Notes under the pieces: generated by a model
Seen by the model: only the letters and a program-made list of their open reading frames with translations
Told to the model about the DNA's origin: nothing
Databases searched by the model: none
Source: Chloroflexota bacterium
Lineage (GTDB): Bacteria > Chloroflexota > UBA11872 > VXNJ01
DNA length: 64,000 bases
Assembly: GCA_965261345.1 (NCBI GenBank)
Contig: OZ253449.1
Span: 768,001-832,000, forward strand
Reading direction: 5' to 3'
Shown: piece after piece, positions 42,037 to 53,754 of the stretch
Layout: every line of letters begins with the position of its first letter
How positions within the stretch are numbered: position 1 is the stretch's first letter
Program-made: the position numbers and the translations under genes

Positions 42037-42907
42037 GCGACCGGGTCGGTCGGTTGTGCCGGGACGCCGAGAAATTGATCCTGCGCCAGGATCGCCGCCG
42101 CGCGGCTGAGATCGCCGCTATGTTGCGGCCCGGCTACCTGGAGCGGGTGGCTGGCTGGCTGATTCGGCCCGGAACCCGCCTGCTGCTGGCCACCGGATTC
42201 TCAGTTGCCGGGGCGCCCGAGACCGATGGCCCGCCCGGTGCTCGGGCGATCGCCGATGCGGTCCGCATCGGCGGTGGAGAGGTCCTGGTGGTTTGTGACG
42301 ATCCCACCGTCGCGGTTGTAGGAGCGGCCCTGGGAGCGGAAACCCAGGTCGCGGTAATGCCGATCGGGGATGACGCCGATTCGCAAACCTGGGCCACGGC
42401 ATTAATCGATAAATTCCGGCCGACGGTGGTCGGATTCATTGAACGCTGCGGCGTGGCCGCGAAGGCCGCTACCGCTCGATGCGGGGCCTGGACCTGAGTC
42501 CGGTAACCGCTCAAACCGACTTTCTGATCGCTGAAGGTGTGCCCAGTTTTTCAATCGGTGACGGTGGGAATGAAGTTGGATTTGGCAGGCTTTCGGACGA
42601 ACTGGTGAAGCATTCGATTACGCCCTGGCCGTCGGTTTCGGTAGTTGATGAGCTGATAGTGGCCGCCGTATCCAATTGGGGCGGCTACGCGCTGGCGGCG
42701 GCCATCGCCTGGCAAACCGAGCTGGACATCGATGCAATCTTACCGAGCGCCGGCGTCCACGCCGACCGATTGGAACAGATCTTTCAACTCGGGGCGGTCG
42801 ACGGATATTCGGGGCTGCATCGGCCCATGGTTGATGGGCGGCCATTCGAGAGCGAAGTCGGGATCGTAAACGACCTCAAGAGAATCGGAAAATCAGCAAA
42901 TGATTAG
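42033..42907 (+). pseudogene. DUF4392 / D-glutamate cyclase-like protein split by a 1-nt frameshift near 42460
   Basis: ETDGPPG and IERCG in frame 1; RYRSMRG, IGDGGNEVG, SNWGGY in frame 2. Confidence 0.8.
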
Positions 42908-42946
42908 ACTCCTTGGCGTTCAATTCCGGGGCGATAAGATGGCAAA

Positions 42947-43966
42947 TTGCGCAAGGTAAGACTTGGCCGTACCGGCGCACTGGTCTCACAATTGGGCTGC
43001 GGCGCGATGTGGTTCCGCAGCATGAGTCAATCGGCAACCGATGCCGCGGTAAGCCACGCCCTTGACCGCGGGGTAAGCTATTTCGACTGTGCCCGATCGT
43101 ATGGGGACGCCGAGATCAAATTGGGCCGAGCGATCGGGAGCCGCCGTGAGAGCGCCTTTATCGCCACTAAAAGCGCGGCCCGCGAAAGCGCGGCGCTGAC
43201 CGCCAGCATCGACGAAAGCCGACAACGTCTAGGAGTCGACCGCCTAGATCTGCTCCAACTCCATTACGTAAATTTCCAGGACGATTTCGACAAGATAGTT
43301 GCCCCCGGGGGAGCGTTGGAGGCGGCGCGGGCGGCCCAGGCGGAGGGACTGGTCGGCAATGTAGGGATCACCGGACATCGGCCGGAAAAACTGGCACAGT
43401 GGTTGCAGATTGCCCAATTCGACACAGTGCTTTTTCATCTCTCCCTAGTCCAACCTTTCGCCGCCCATGATTTGATGCCCACCGCTCGTCGCTTGGACGT
43501 GGGGATGCTGGCCATGCGGCCGACCGGCTCGGGTGTTACCAGCCAGTACCGGAGTTTTTTGCGGTACGTGGCCAGTCAGCGGCCGGACGTAATCGTAAGC
43601 GGACTAACCAGCGCCCGGATCGTAGACGAAAACATGGCGATCCTGGACGATCTGCCCGACTCGGCCGAAACCGGTCGCTTGGAATATCTGGCCGACGAAT
43701 ACGGGGCCAACTTTTGCCGGCGCTGCAACTACTGCAACTGTCCGGTCGGGATCGAGATTCCCGATGCGATGTTGGCCGAACATGTCTGGCGCGCCGGCAA
43801 CCTTTCAGGCGACGGCCGCAAGACCTGGGATGAGGCGGTGGCGGCGGTGGCCGATTGCGCCGGGCATGCGCCCTGCCAGGTGGAACCCATCTGCGAGAGC
43901 AAGTGTCCGTACGATCTTCCGATCCGAAAAACGATGATCGGAATCGCCGAAGCCGACGGGCCATAG
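42947..43966 (+). CDS. Aldo/keto reductase with C-terminal Fe-S cluster motif
   Basis: LGRTG..VS.LG.G, FDCARSYG, ATK; CRRCNYC..CP and CESKCP. Confidence 0.9.
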   Translation: MRKVRLGRTGALVSQLGCGAMWFRSMSQSATDAAVSHALDRGVSYFDCARSYGDAEIKLGRAIGSRRESAFIATKSAARESAALTASIDESRQRLGVDRLDLLQLHYVNFQDDFDKIVAPGGALEAARAAQAEGLVGNVGITGHRPEKLAQWLQIAQFDTVLFHLSLVQPFAAHDLMPTARRLDVGMLAMRPTGSGVTSQYRSFLRYVASQRPDVIVSGLTSARIVDENMAILDDLPDSAETGRLEYLADEYGANFCRRCNYCNCPVGIEIPDAMLAEHVWRAGNLSGDGRKTWDEAVAAVADCAGHAPCQVEPICESKCPYDLPIRKTMIGIAEADGP

Positions 43967-43977
43967 CCGGCGGCGAG

Positions 43978-44523
43978 ATGACTGTCGCTCAATCCCTGCC
44001 GGTCCTCCTGATCAGGGCGGCATTCCTTTCGCCGTCGGCCTGGAATCTTCTCCTGGCTAGTCCGGCGCTCTGGCGGATCGGGCTATTTTTAGCCGGATTG
44101 TCCGGTGCGTGCGGGGTACTGGGATTGAGTATCGGGCGCAATCTTGCGGCGGGGACCTTAATAGTCAACCTGGCGATCGGGACGGGGCTGAGCCTGGCCG
44201 GCTGCTTTGTGGTCGCTCTGGCCGCCCACCTAGTCATCAATCGCCTCGGTTCGGGCCGCGGCAATTGGGATAGCATGCTGGGCGCGGTCGGATGCGCCCA
44301 CGCAGTCGGCATCCTCCTACTGGCAATGGCCCTGCCGGCCTGGACATTCGGCGTCTGGGCGGTTGTTGCCGTCTGGACCCTGATGCTGGCGGCCGGCGGC
44401 GTCGCCAACGCCGCCCGGGCATCACTTCCGATAAGCCTGCTGGCTGTTATCGCACCCTACGTCCTTTGGGCCGTGCTCCAACTTACGATTTGGGCGCTAC
44501 TGGCGATACCGGCCACCGCCTAG
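43978..44523 (+). CDS. YIP1-like membrane protein
   Basis: About five hydrophobic helices. Confidence 0.6.
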   Translation: MTVAQSLPVLLIRAAFLSPSAWNLLLASPALWRIGLFLAGLSGACGVLGLSIGRNLAAGTLIVNLAIGTGLSLAGCFVVALAAHLVINRLGSGRGNWDSMLGAVGCAHAVGILLLAMALPAWTFGVWAVVAVWTLMLAAGGVANAARASLPISLLAVIAPYVLWAVLQLTIWALLAIPATA

Positions 44524-44524
44524 A

Positions 44525-44917
44525 TCAGCGTCGGGTTATCCGGTCGGTCGAAATAAGGTCCGCCGCCCGGCCCCGGCGGGGGGCAAATCCCCGGTAGGCC
44601 ATCTCCAAGATCGGCTCTAATCTCAGCCGACGCACCAGCACCGCCATGGGCGCGAGGCAGCGAATCTCGGCGGCAATGGCAATCAACGCTCCCGCCCCGT
44701 CCAGCAAGCGATCTTTGGTCAACAGGCGAATCGAACCGCGCTGCCCGCGAGGACTATTGCCGGCCGGCAGATCGTCCCGGGACACCTCATTGGCCGGGAC
44801 AATCGCCAGGGTTGCATCGCGGTCCAACCGGGCAATCGTGGCGGCCGACCAGCGGCAAAATCCGCATTCTGCGTCGTAGATGACCAGTGGCCGCGCGTTT
44901 TGGGTGGAAATTTCCAT
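44525..44917 (-). CDS. DCC1-like thiol-disulfide oxidoreductase (DUF393)
   Basis: VIYDAECGFC motif. Confidence 0.85.
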   Translation of the reverse strand: MEISTQNARPLVIYDAECGFCRWSAATIARLDRDATLAIVPANEVSRDDLPAGNSPRGQRGSIRLLTKDRLLDGAGALIAIAAEIRCLAPMAVLVRRLRLEPILEMAYRGFAPRRGRAADLISTDRITRR

Positions 44918-45099
44918 GGCCGTTTCGTCGTTCGTGGGTTAATTCAATTTGAAGGAAAATCTACCGCGGTCGGCAATTGGTTGCCAGCCGCTGCCAGATT
45001 CTGGCAATTTGCAACATTGGCGGGCGCAAAGGTGCGCTCCCCAGCCGGCAAGCATTTTGCGGTCGAAAAGGAGCAGGCCGCCCCAACAGTTTCTGTCAG

Positions 45100-45190
45100 G
45101 GAGAGGTGCCCGAGTGGTCATAAGGGGTCCGTCTCGAAAACGGATAGGCGTGGATTAAGCGCCACGTGGGTTCGAATCCCACCCTCTCCG
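45100..45190 (+). tRNA. tRNA-Ser(CGA)
   Basis: GGAGAGG/CCTCTCC acceptor stem, TCCGT-CT-CGA-AA-ACGGA anticodon arm, long variable arm, GGTTCGAATCC. Confidence 0.95.
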
Positions 45191-45236
45191 CCGCCGGCGC
45201 AGCCTACTGCCAGGAGGTTTGGAACCCAAAAAATTG

Positions 45237-45323
45237 GGAGAGGTCGCATAGTGGACTAGTGCGCACGCCTGGAAAGTGTGTAGGGTAATACCCTCGTGGG
45301 TTCGAATCCCACCCTCTCCGCCA
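45237..45323 (+). tRNA. tRNA-Ser(GGA)
   Basis: GGAGAGG/CCTCTCC-GCCA, CACGC-CT-GGA-AA-GTGTG, long variable arm. Confidence 0.95.
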
Positions 45324-45379
45324 TTTGCATTAGCCGAGGATTAAGACTTTGTCCACATATCGCTCACGCTGTCCCGGCC

Positions 45380-45428
45380 GCAAGACCAGTCTTGCGAATC
45401 TGGCCGGCCGGCCAGATTGCGAATTTTT
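45380..45428 (+). terminator. Tandem hairpins with a T-run, probable terminator of the tRNA pair
   Basis: GCAAGAC-ca-GTCTTGC, then perfect palindrome AATCTGGCCGGCCGGCCAGATT, then TTTTT. Confidence 0.4.
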
Positions 45429-45524
45429 GATCACCTGCGAAATGCCCGCATCCCCACCAAAGTGAGCTTTAGGCCCGCTGTAGGGCGGCGGCGGTTGCCC
45501 CTGTACCTTGTATGTTCCAAATGG

Positions 45525-45685
45525 GAAGTCCCGGGTGCGGTAGGGCGCCTGTACCTTGGTCCATTGAGACCGTTTTAAAGCACGCTCGCCGCACCCGGAT
45601 CTCCCGGCGCATAGACCCCGAACAATTGCTCGGTGGGCTCTAGACCCCGTATTCGCAAGGAAGGGCGTAGCGTCGGGAGTAACTA
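45525..45685 (+). ncRNA. Bridge RNA of IS110-A (ends approximate)
   Basis: Stem CCGGGTGCGG/CCGCACCCGG encloses CCTGTACCT (45548-56) and TTTAAAG (45574-80); stem CTCCCGGCGC/GCGTCGGGAG encloses ACAATTGCT (45622-30) and GCAAG (45655-59). Confidence 0.88.
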
Positions 45686-45688
45686 TAG

Positions 45689-46648
<960 letters not shown>

Positions 46649-46860
46649 ACGCCGGGCAGGTCCGATCGCTCTTGCGGGCAAGGTCCCTGGCGAAGCCATG
46701 CCCGGGATCGGGCTATTGCGGCGATTACGCATCCGGTTATCGCCTGTCGATCGGGCTGCGGTCACTATGAACCGCGGTCGGGGCGCTGGATCTATCCTCC
46801 CCTTTCTCCTGGACCCCTCTGACCCCACCTCTGCCGGAATTGACAATCAAGACAATTGCT

Positions 46861-47125
46861 TTAGGTAGCTTCATCTGACTAAGCAATTGGGCATGCGCGA
46901 TGCTCTGCTCAGCCTGGATGAAGTCAAGGTCAGCGGCCGGGAGTAACCAATCGCCCCTTGTGTCTTTTGAGCACCGTGGGGGGGACCCGTGCCCCGGTGC
47001 AGCTGGCCGCGGCAGATGCCCCGTGGAGAGTTTGCGTCTTAGAACGCCGGTACAGGGATTGGCAGGTGTCGTGGCGGACCTTCAATGCGATCAATACCAT
47101 CGCGCACCACACATGGGGAAGGACC
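46861..47125 (+). ncRNA. Non-coding left end / bridge RNA of IS110-B (ends approximate)
   Basis: AATCGCCCC (46949-57) and G7 (46978-84) match target GGTTGCC-CC-CCCCC; GGAGAGTTT (47025-33) and GTACAGG (47050-56) match donor AGAGAGT-CC-TGTAC. Confidence 0.8.
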
Positions 47126-48367
47126 GTGAAAGAACACACTTCCTGGTACGCCGGTATCGACTGGGCCATCGCCGAGCACCAGGTCTGCATCATCGACGCT
47201 GACGGCAACGAACATGGTCAGCGTAATTTCCCGCATCGTGGATCCGGATTGGCGGCCATGGCCGCCTGGATCCTGTCCCGCACCGGAACCGACCCCGAAG
47301 ATATCGCCATCGCCATTGAGGTGCCGCATGGACCGGTGGTCGAGAGCCTGCTCGATCGCGGGTTTAAAGTGCATGCCATCAACCCCAAGCAACTCGATCG
47401 CTTCCGTGATCGCTTCTTCCCAGCCGGCGCCAAGGACGACCGCCGCGATGCCAGGGTCCTGGCCGATGCCCTGCGCACCGATCCGCAGGTGCTGCGGCAG
47501 CTGGCATCGCCAGATCCCTTGACCGTGGAGCTAAGAGAGTTCTCACGTTTGGCTGAGGAGCTCACCAAGGAGCGCACCCGCCTTAGCAACCGGGTGCGAC
47601 AACAACTCTGGCGCTACTATCCGCAGGTCCTGGAGATCAGCAACAACGTCACCGAGCCATGGATCCTGGATCTGTGGCAGATGGCTCCCACACCGGAGAG
47701 GGGGCGGCGATTGAGTCGAGGCCGGGTAACCCGGTTGCTAAAACGCCATCGCATCCGTCGCATTGATGCGACAGGCGTGCTCTCGATGCTGCGCCAGGAA
47801 GCGATAAAGGTGTCTCCGGGCACAACCGAGGCTGCCGTCGCGACGATCACCCTGGTCGCCGAACGTCTAAAGCTCATCCAGCGTCAACTGCTCGAGGTCA
47901 ACACCCAGATCGACCGCTTAACCGATGCCATCGCCAACGATGCACTGGGTGAGAGCGGGCAGCGCGACGTGGCCATCCTCTCATCTCTTCCCGGAGTCGG
48001 AAGGACGGTCCTCGCCACACTGCTCACCGAGGCGCATGATCCTCTTATGCGGAGAGACTATCGCGCCCTGCGCTCATTATGCGGAGTTGCGCCGATAACC
48101 AAGCGATCGGGCAAGAGCATGATCGTTGTCCGACGCCATGCCGTCCATCGTCGACTCGCCAATGCCATGTACCACTGGGCCCGGGTGGCGGTTCAGCATG
48201 ATCCGGTCAGCCGACGCAAATACGACGCATTACGCCTTCGAGGCCATCGGCATGCAAGGGCGTTGCGATCGGTAGCTGACCGTTTGTTGGCGGTGGTCTG
48301 CGCTATGCTGCGTAACCAGACCCTTTATCAGCCAGAACTGCTCCGGAGTGATGCCGCAGCGGCTTGA
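47126..48367 (+). CDS. IS110 family DEDD recombinase, long type (~413 aa)
   Basis: GIDWA, IEVP, KDDRRDA, SLPGVG, KRSG; the stop codon lies inside the terminal TTGACA. Confidence 0.95.
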   Translation: MKEHTSWYAGIDWAIAEHQVCIIDADGNEHGQRNFPHRGSGLAAMAAWILSRTGTDPEDIAIAIEVPHGPVVESLLDRGFKVHAINPKQLDRFRDRFFPAGAKDDRRDARVLADALRTDPQVLRQLASPDPLTVELREFSRLAEELTKERTRLSNRVRQQLWRYYPQVLEISNNVTEPWILDLWQMAPTPERGRRLSRGRVTRLLKRHRIRRIDATGVLSMLRQEAIKVSPGTTEAAVATITLVAERLKLIQRQLLEVNTQIDRLTDAIANDALGESGQRDVAILSSLPGVGRTVLATLLTEAHDPLMRRDYRALRSLCGVAPITKRSGKSMIVVRRHAVHRRLANAMYHWARVAVQHDPVSRRKYDALRLRGHRHARALRSVADRLLAVVCAMLRNQTLYQPELLRSDAAAA

Positions 48368-50284
48368 CAAATGGTAGAGAGTCCCCCCCGGGGGGAACTG
48401 GAATTGGAATTCCACAACGGCCTCGGTGGATTCGCGGCCAACGGGAGCGAGTACGTTACCGTGCTCGGCCAAGGGCAGTGGACCCCGGCACCCTGGGTAA
48501 ACGTGGTTGCCAATCCGGAGTTTGGATTCCTGGCGCCCGAATCCGGATCGGGCTATACTTGGTCGGCAAACAGCCGTGAAAACAAGCTAACGCCCTGGAA
48601 CAACGACCCGGTTTCCGATACGCCGGGCGAGTCGTTTTACGTAAGAGACGAGGACGCCGGGACGGTCTGGGGACCGACCACCCTACCGATTCGCCAGGAA
48701 CGCTGGCCCGATGTCATTCGGCACGGTCAGGGGGTATAGCCGGTTCGAGCACACGTCCCACGGTATCGCCCTGGATCTGACCCAGTTCGTGCCGCTTAGG
48801 GATTCGGTAAAAATACCATGCCTCATTCTTTCCAATGAATCGAGCCGCACCCGGCGCCTTACCGTTACCGCCTACGCGGAGTGGGTGCTCGGAGTTACCC
48901 GGAACCGTTCCGCGCCTTTCGTGGTTACCGAAATTGACGCCACCACCGGGGCCATGTTTGCTCGCAATGCGTGGAACGGCGAATTTTCGGGCGGGTTGCT
49001 TTCGCCGCTATGGCCGGGAGTCAAACCTCCTGGACCGGTGACCGGCTTGAGTTCCTCGGCCGCAACGCGAGCCTCGATCACCCCGGGGCGTTAGCGCGCG
49101 GGGAGGCGCTGTCCGGCAGGACCGGAGCCGGCCTTGATCCATGCGCAGCGATTCAGACGAAGCTGGAACTCGAGCCTGGGCAGCGCGTCGAAGTGGTGTT
49201 CCTGCTCGGCGAGGATGCCAATTCCGAGGAGGCTCGCTCGCTGGTCGAACGCTACCGCGTCCTAGATTGCGAGTTGGCGCTCGGCGAGGTAGGCGCGCAC
49301 TGGGACCAGATCCTGGAAACAATTCAGGTAAAAACCCCGATCCGGCGATGAAGCTGCTGTTCAATCGCTGGCTCCTTTACCAAGTCCTTGCATGTCGAAT
49401 CTGGGCCCGTTCGGCGTTTTACTAGGCCGGTGGCGCCTACGGATTCCGCGATCAACTCCAAGGCTCCCTGGCGTTGGCGGTGTCCAATCCGCAGATCTTG
49501 CGCGAGCACGTATTGCGCGCCGCATCGCGCCAATTTAAAGGGGGACATCCAGCATTGGTGGCATCCTCCGACCGGCCGAGGGGTTCGGGCCCAGTTATCC
49601 GACGACCGCCTCTGGCTTCCGTATGCCGTAACCCACTATCTGCACGCCACTGCGGATCATCCCGTTCTAGACGAGGAGGTGGGGTGGATTGAGGGACTGG
49701 CGCTGACGCCTGAACAACAGGAACCCTACTTTGAACCAACTAGCTCAACGGAAGCGGCGAGTCTTTACGAACACTGCGCGCGGGCCTTGGACCGCAGCTT
49801 TGCGGTTGGCAGTCATGGGCTCCCGCTAATCGGCGCTGGCGACTGGAACGACGGGATGAACCGGATTGGCCACCATGGACGCAGGGAAAGCGTATGGCTG
49901 GGCTGGTTTCTTGAAACGAACCTGCGGAATTTTGCCCGGATCGCCGAATCCCGCGGCGAGAGCCGGTGCTCCGCCAGCTGGCGGAGCACGGCCGATTCGC
50001 TCGTAAATTCGCTGGAAGCGGAGGGGTGGGACGGCAAGTGGTATCGTCGCGCGTTTTTCGACGATGGGTCCCTGCTCGGCTCTGACGAAAACGAGGAGTG
50101 CCGGATCGACGCGATCGCCCAGTCTGGGGCGGTCATATCCGGTGCGGGCGACCCTGGGTGGGCGCGCCTGGCAATGCGATCTGTGGAGGAGCGGCTCATC
50201 CGGCGCGGCGACGGCCTGATGCTGCTCTTTGATCCGCCATTTGACAAGACGTCACCAGACCCCGGCTTGTATCTTGACTTCGGA

Positions 50285-50455
50285 TAGTCCCGGGCGCGGC
50301 AGACCGAACCCCGCTAGGTTGTCGACAAACCGTGCCGTAGCGTGGTCGCCGCACCCGGATATCCCCTACCTGCGAGCCCGAACGATTGATTGGGCCGCCA
50401 CTTCTGCGGCAGAGCCCGCATTTTGCAAGCGTGGGCGACCAGTAGGGGATGCTAA
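50285..50455 (+). ncRNA. Bridge RNA of IS110-C (ends approximate)
   Basis: Same scaffold as A; AACCCCGCT (50307-15) and GCCGTAG (50334-40) versus target ACCCCGG-CT-ACATC; ACGATTGAT (50382-90) and TTGCAAG (50423-29) versus donor ACGATTG-CT-TGTAT. Confidence 0.85.
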
Positions 50456-51309
50456 TGGAGTTTTGCACATGCACGACGCTGCGATATATGTGGGCATCGA
50501 CGTCAGCAAGGACGGCGTGGACGTGGCCGCCGGATCCGGGGGCGCGGTACGGAGGTTCGCCAACACCCCGGCCGGAGTCGGGAATCTGATAAGGCGCCTC
50601 AAGTCCTTGTTGGTGGCCCTGGTCGTACTTGAGGCCACCGGCGGCTACGAGGAGCGTTTGGCCGACGAATTGGACGACGCCGGTCATGCGGTGGCGGTGG
50701 TGAACCCGGGCCGGATCCGGAGTTTTGCCCGTTCGCTGGGGGTCCTGGCCAAGACCGACGCCATCGACGCCAGGATAATCGCGCGCTATGCCGAGGTGGT
50801 CAAACCCCCGGCAAGGGTCCAGCCGTCCAGGGCAGTCCGCACCCTGGCGGCACTGGTCGGCCGCCGCGACCAGCTGCTGGCCATGCAGGTCGCAGACCGC
50901 AACCGATTGGAGCTGGTCAGCGACCCGACCGTCCGAGGTGACATCCGCCGCGCGGTCGCCGGCTTCAAGCGGCGCATAACGACCCTGGACCGCAAGATCT
51001 CCGCCGCCATCGCCGCCGACCGCGAGCTCAAGGCCCGCGACGAGCTGCTGACATCGGTTCCGGGCGTGGGGCCGGCGTTGGCCTCGACCATGGCCGCCTA
51101 CCTACCCGAATTGGGCAGCCTCGACAACAAGGCCATTGCCGCGCTGGTGGGGGTGGCGCCCTTTAACCGCGACAGCGGACGCTCCAGCGGCAAGCGGTAC
51201 GTCTGGGGCGGCCGGAGCCAGATCCGGAAGGTGCTGTACATGGGAGCGCTGGTGGCCACGCGGCACAATCCGGCTATCAGGGCGTTCTACGAACGCCTGG
51301 TTGCGGACG

Positions 51310-53234
51310 TTCGCGGTAGGGACACCGATTGCTCGGTGCCCCCCGCACAAATCCGTACGTGCGCGTTAACGCATACGGCTTTTAGCTCGGGTATTTGACG
51401 GCAAAGCGGTATGCGGGCCACGGGTGGAGGATTCGGGCAGGGGGAAGATGTGCGGCGCTCAAGGCGCGCAGTCGCTCCCATGGGAAGCGGTCGTTTTGCG
51501 AGCGGCGGCGGATGCTGTGTAGCCACAGGCGCTCAAGCTCATGTTTGAAGCTTGAGAGGTGCCTGGAGCTGGTAGGAACGGCATAGTAGCCGAACCAGCC
51601 CTGCAACACCATGCCGAGCCATTGCCCGGTCTCCGCTGGATCGTCGTGCATCGCTGCACGCAATCGCTCCTTGATCGCCTTCAGGGTGCGTCGAACGCGC
51701 TTGGCGATGGGCTTGCGCCCCAGTCCGAACCGTCCGTTTCGTTTTATCCGGCAGTAGTGAGTGAAGCCGAGGAAGTCGAACGTTTCCGGTCGCCCCTCGC
51801 CGCGCTTGCGGCGGCTCGCTTGTGCGTATCTGCCGAACTCGATCAGGCGGGTCTTGTGGTCTGCAAGCTCTAGTCCGTACTCTTTCAGCCTGTCCTGCAA
51901 ATCCTTTGCAAATCTGGCCGCATCGCTGCGGTGTTGAAACGCCAGTACGAAGTCATCCGCGTAGCGGACTATATAGACCTCGCCGCTGGCCCGTTCGGGC
52001 CGCCATTCTTTGGCAAACCACGAGTCCAGGACTTTATGCAGGTACACGTTGGCAAGCAGCGGCGAAATCGGCGCCCCTTGCGGTGTTCCCTGCACGCTGT
52101 CGGATAGTTCTCCGGCTTCCATTACTCCGGTGCTCAGCCATTTGCGGATTAGGCGCAGGACGCGGTTGTCTCCGATTCGCTCTCCCAGGAACGAGATGAG
52201 TCGCTCGCGGTCGAGATGGTCGAAGAAGCCTTTTATGTCGGCGTCAAGAATCCAGTTGACTTTTCGGCGTTCGATGGCGTAGGCCAACGCGTCCAGCGCG
52301 TCGTGCGCCGACCTTTTGGCCTGAACCCGTATGAGAACCCGGCAAATTCCGACTCGTAGATCGGGTCGAGGATTTGTTGACACACCGCCCGCTGGAGGAT
52401 CTTATCCTCTATGGATGCGATTCCGAGCGCTCGCGTCCCCCCGTCCGGCTTGGGTATCTCTACCCTGCGGACGGGGGTCGCCCGGTAGCTCTGTCGGAGT
52501 ACTCGGTCTTTTAGGTCGAGAAGGTTCTCTTCCAGGTTCTCCTCGTACATCCTCCACGTGATCCCGTCGGCGCCGGGGGCGGCTTGGGGCTTTAGCCCGT
52601 AGAACGCATCCCTTAGCGCGTCAAGGTCTACGTGGCGGGGGAGCGCGGTGAGTTTCTCCTCTGGGTTCTCTTTGGCGTGTTGCCGTACGCGTTCGGCTCC
52701 GGGTGACACGGGAACCCACCCCTGGGTGTAGTCCGTGCCGGTGCCTGGCGCGTTCCTCTTGCTTGCGGCCCTTCTCTCCAGCGGCTCCGCCGAGGACTGC
52801 TCCTCCTTGTTCGCCGCCTTCGCAGGTACTATGGCCGCATCAGACTTCTGCACATCGTGCATCATCGGCTACGGATACCTCCTTCCCGATGCGACCCCGG
52901 ATCTGCGAGTGAACCGGGGTAATGCGCAGATCTCCCAGTTCCCGGCATTGGACGTACGAACGTGCCTGGGTTCTTCGACACCGCAGAGCCCGGCGCTGAC
53001 TGGCCCTTCGCGCCAACGCCGGTGTTGCCTTCGACCGCTTACAGGGTCTCGGCGCTCCGGAATTTATTCTTGTTTCGGTGCTCAATAGCCCTGCCCGCCC
53101 GCGCCGCTGTCAACGCTTCATGCCCGGCCTCGCGACCGGTCACGCATGACTCGCGGAGTGCTGCGGATTGGCTCCTTTCCTTTCAGCATGCGGGACTTTC
53201 ACCCGCTGTCCAATGCCAGTTAGACTGGCCGTTC
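51310..53234 (-). mobile_element. Group II intron (boundaries uncertain by a few nt)
   Basis: Domain V AGCCGTATGCG-TTAA-CGCGCACGTACGGATT and domain VI ending CCCTACCGCGAA on the minus strand; structured 5' region; RT ORF. Confidence 0.92.
51382..52865 (-). pseudogene. ltrA: Group II intron reverse transcriptase/maturase, frameshifted near 52315, no endonuclease domain
   Basis: APGADG, IPKPDG..R.LGI, SYGFRP | SAHDAL, DIKGFFD, GTPQG, RYADD, FDFLGF; one A is missing in CCA AAA GG. Confidence 0.9.
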
Positions 53235-53754
53235 GCAAACCCAAGAAGCTGGCCCTGACAGCCTGCATGCGCAAGCTGCTGGTGATCTTGAACGCGATGG
53301 TGCGGCACGGCGAACTCTGGCGTGGGGAGCCCGTCTCGGACTAAACGCCTTGTAGGTCCCGACCGCTCTGCGAGCAAGGTCCCGGGCGAAGCCCTTGTCC
53401 GGGATCGGGCTCTCGCGGCGATTCCGCATCCGGTTACCGCTTCTCGATCGAGCCCGATCGGGGCTGCGTTCGCTATGAACCGCGGTCGGGGCGCTGGATA
53501 TCTCCTCCCCTATCTCCCCCGGACCCCTCTCATCCCACCTCTACGCATTTGACATTCAAGACGATTGCTACATCTAAGGGTTATGGACCAGGGATCAGGG
53601 AGAACGGTGGGCAATACACCCACGCCGCGTTCTGGTCGGTGGTGGCGTTCGCCATGCTCGGCGAGGGCGACAAGGCGAACTGTTCAACCTTTTAAACCCC
53701 ATCCGCCTTTCAAACCGGCGCGCGAGCGCCCACCGGTACAAGTTGGAGCCCTAC

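Larger units (their letters stand above)
50469..53344 (+). pseudogene. IS110-C recombinase interrupted by an antisense group II intron
   Basis: GIDVSK, EATG, KTDAIDA, NRDSG to 51309; resumes at 53235 with [22 protein letters not shown]. Confidence 0.9.
50268..53569 (+). mobile_element. IS110-C (relative of IS110-A, CT core) carrying a group II intron
   Basis: CT core at 50266-67 and 53568-69; removal restores GAC CCC GGC TAC ATC (DPGYI); junction TTGACA-17 bp-TATCTT. Confidence 0.92.

Noticed and set aside
44980-45010. Palindrome TGCCAGATTCTGGCA upstream of the tRNAs as an operator
   Set aside because: Single short instance with no cognate regulator nearby.
45165-45323. Identical 3' ends of the two tRNA-Ser genes as attL/attR
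   Set aside because: Both are complete tRNAs with different anticodons; I saw no integrase and no downstream tRNA fragment.
45481-45560. Repeat TAGGGCG...CCTGTACCTTG as a CRISPR repeat or target-site duplication
   Set aside because: Only two copies; explained as the IS110-A target site and its bridge-RNA guide.
51382-52865. RT as a retron, DGR or defence RT
   Set aside because: Followed directly by domains V and VI and has group II intron maturase motifs.
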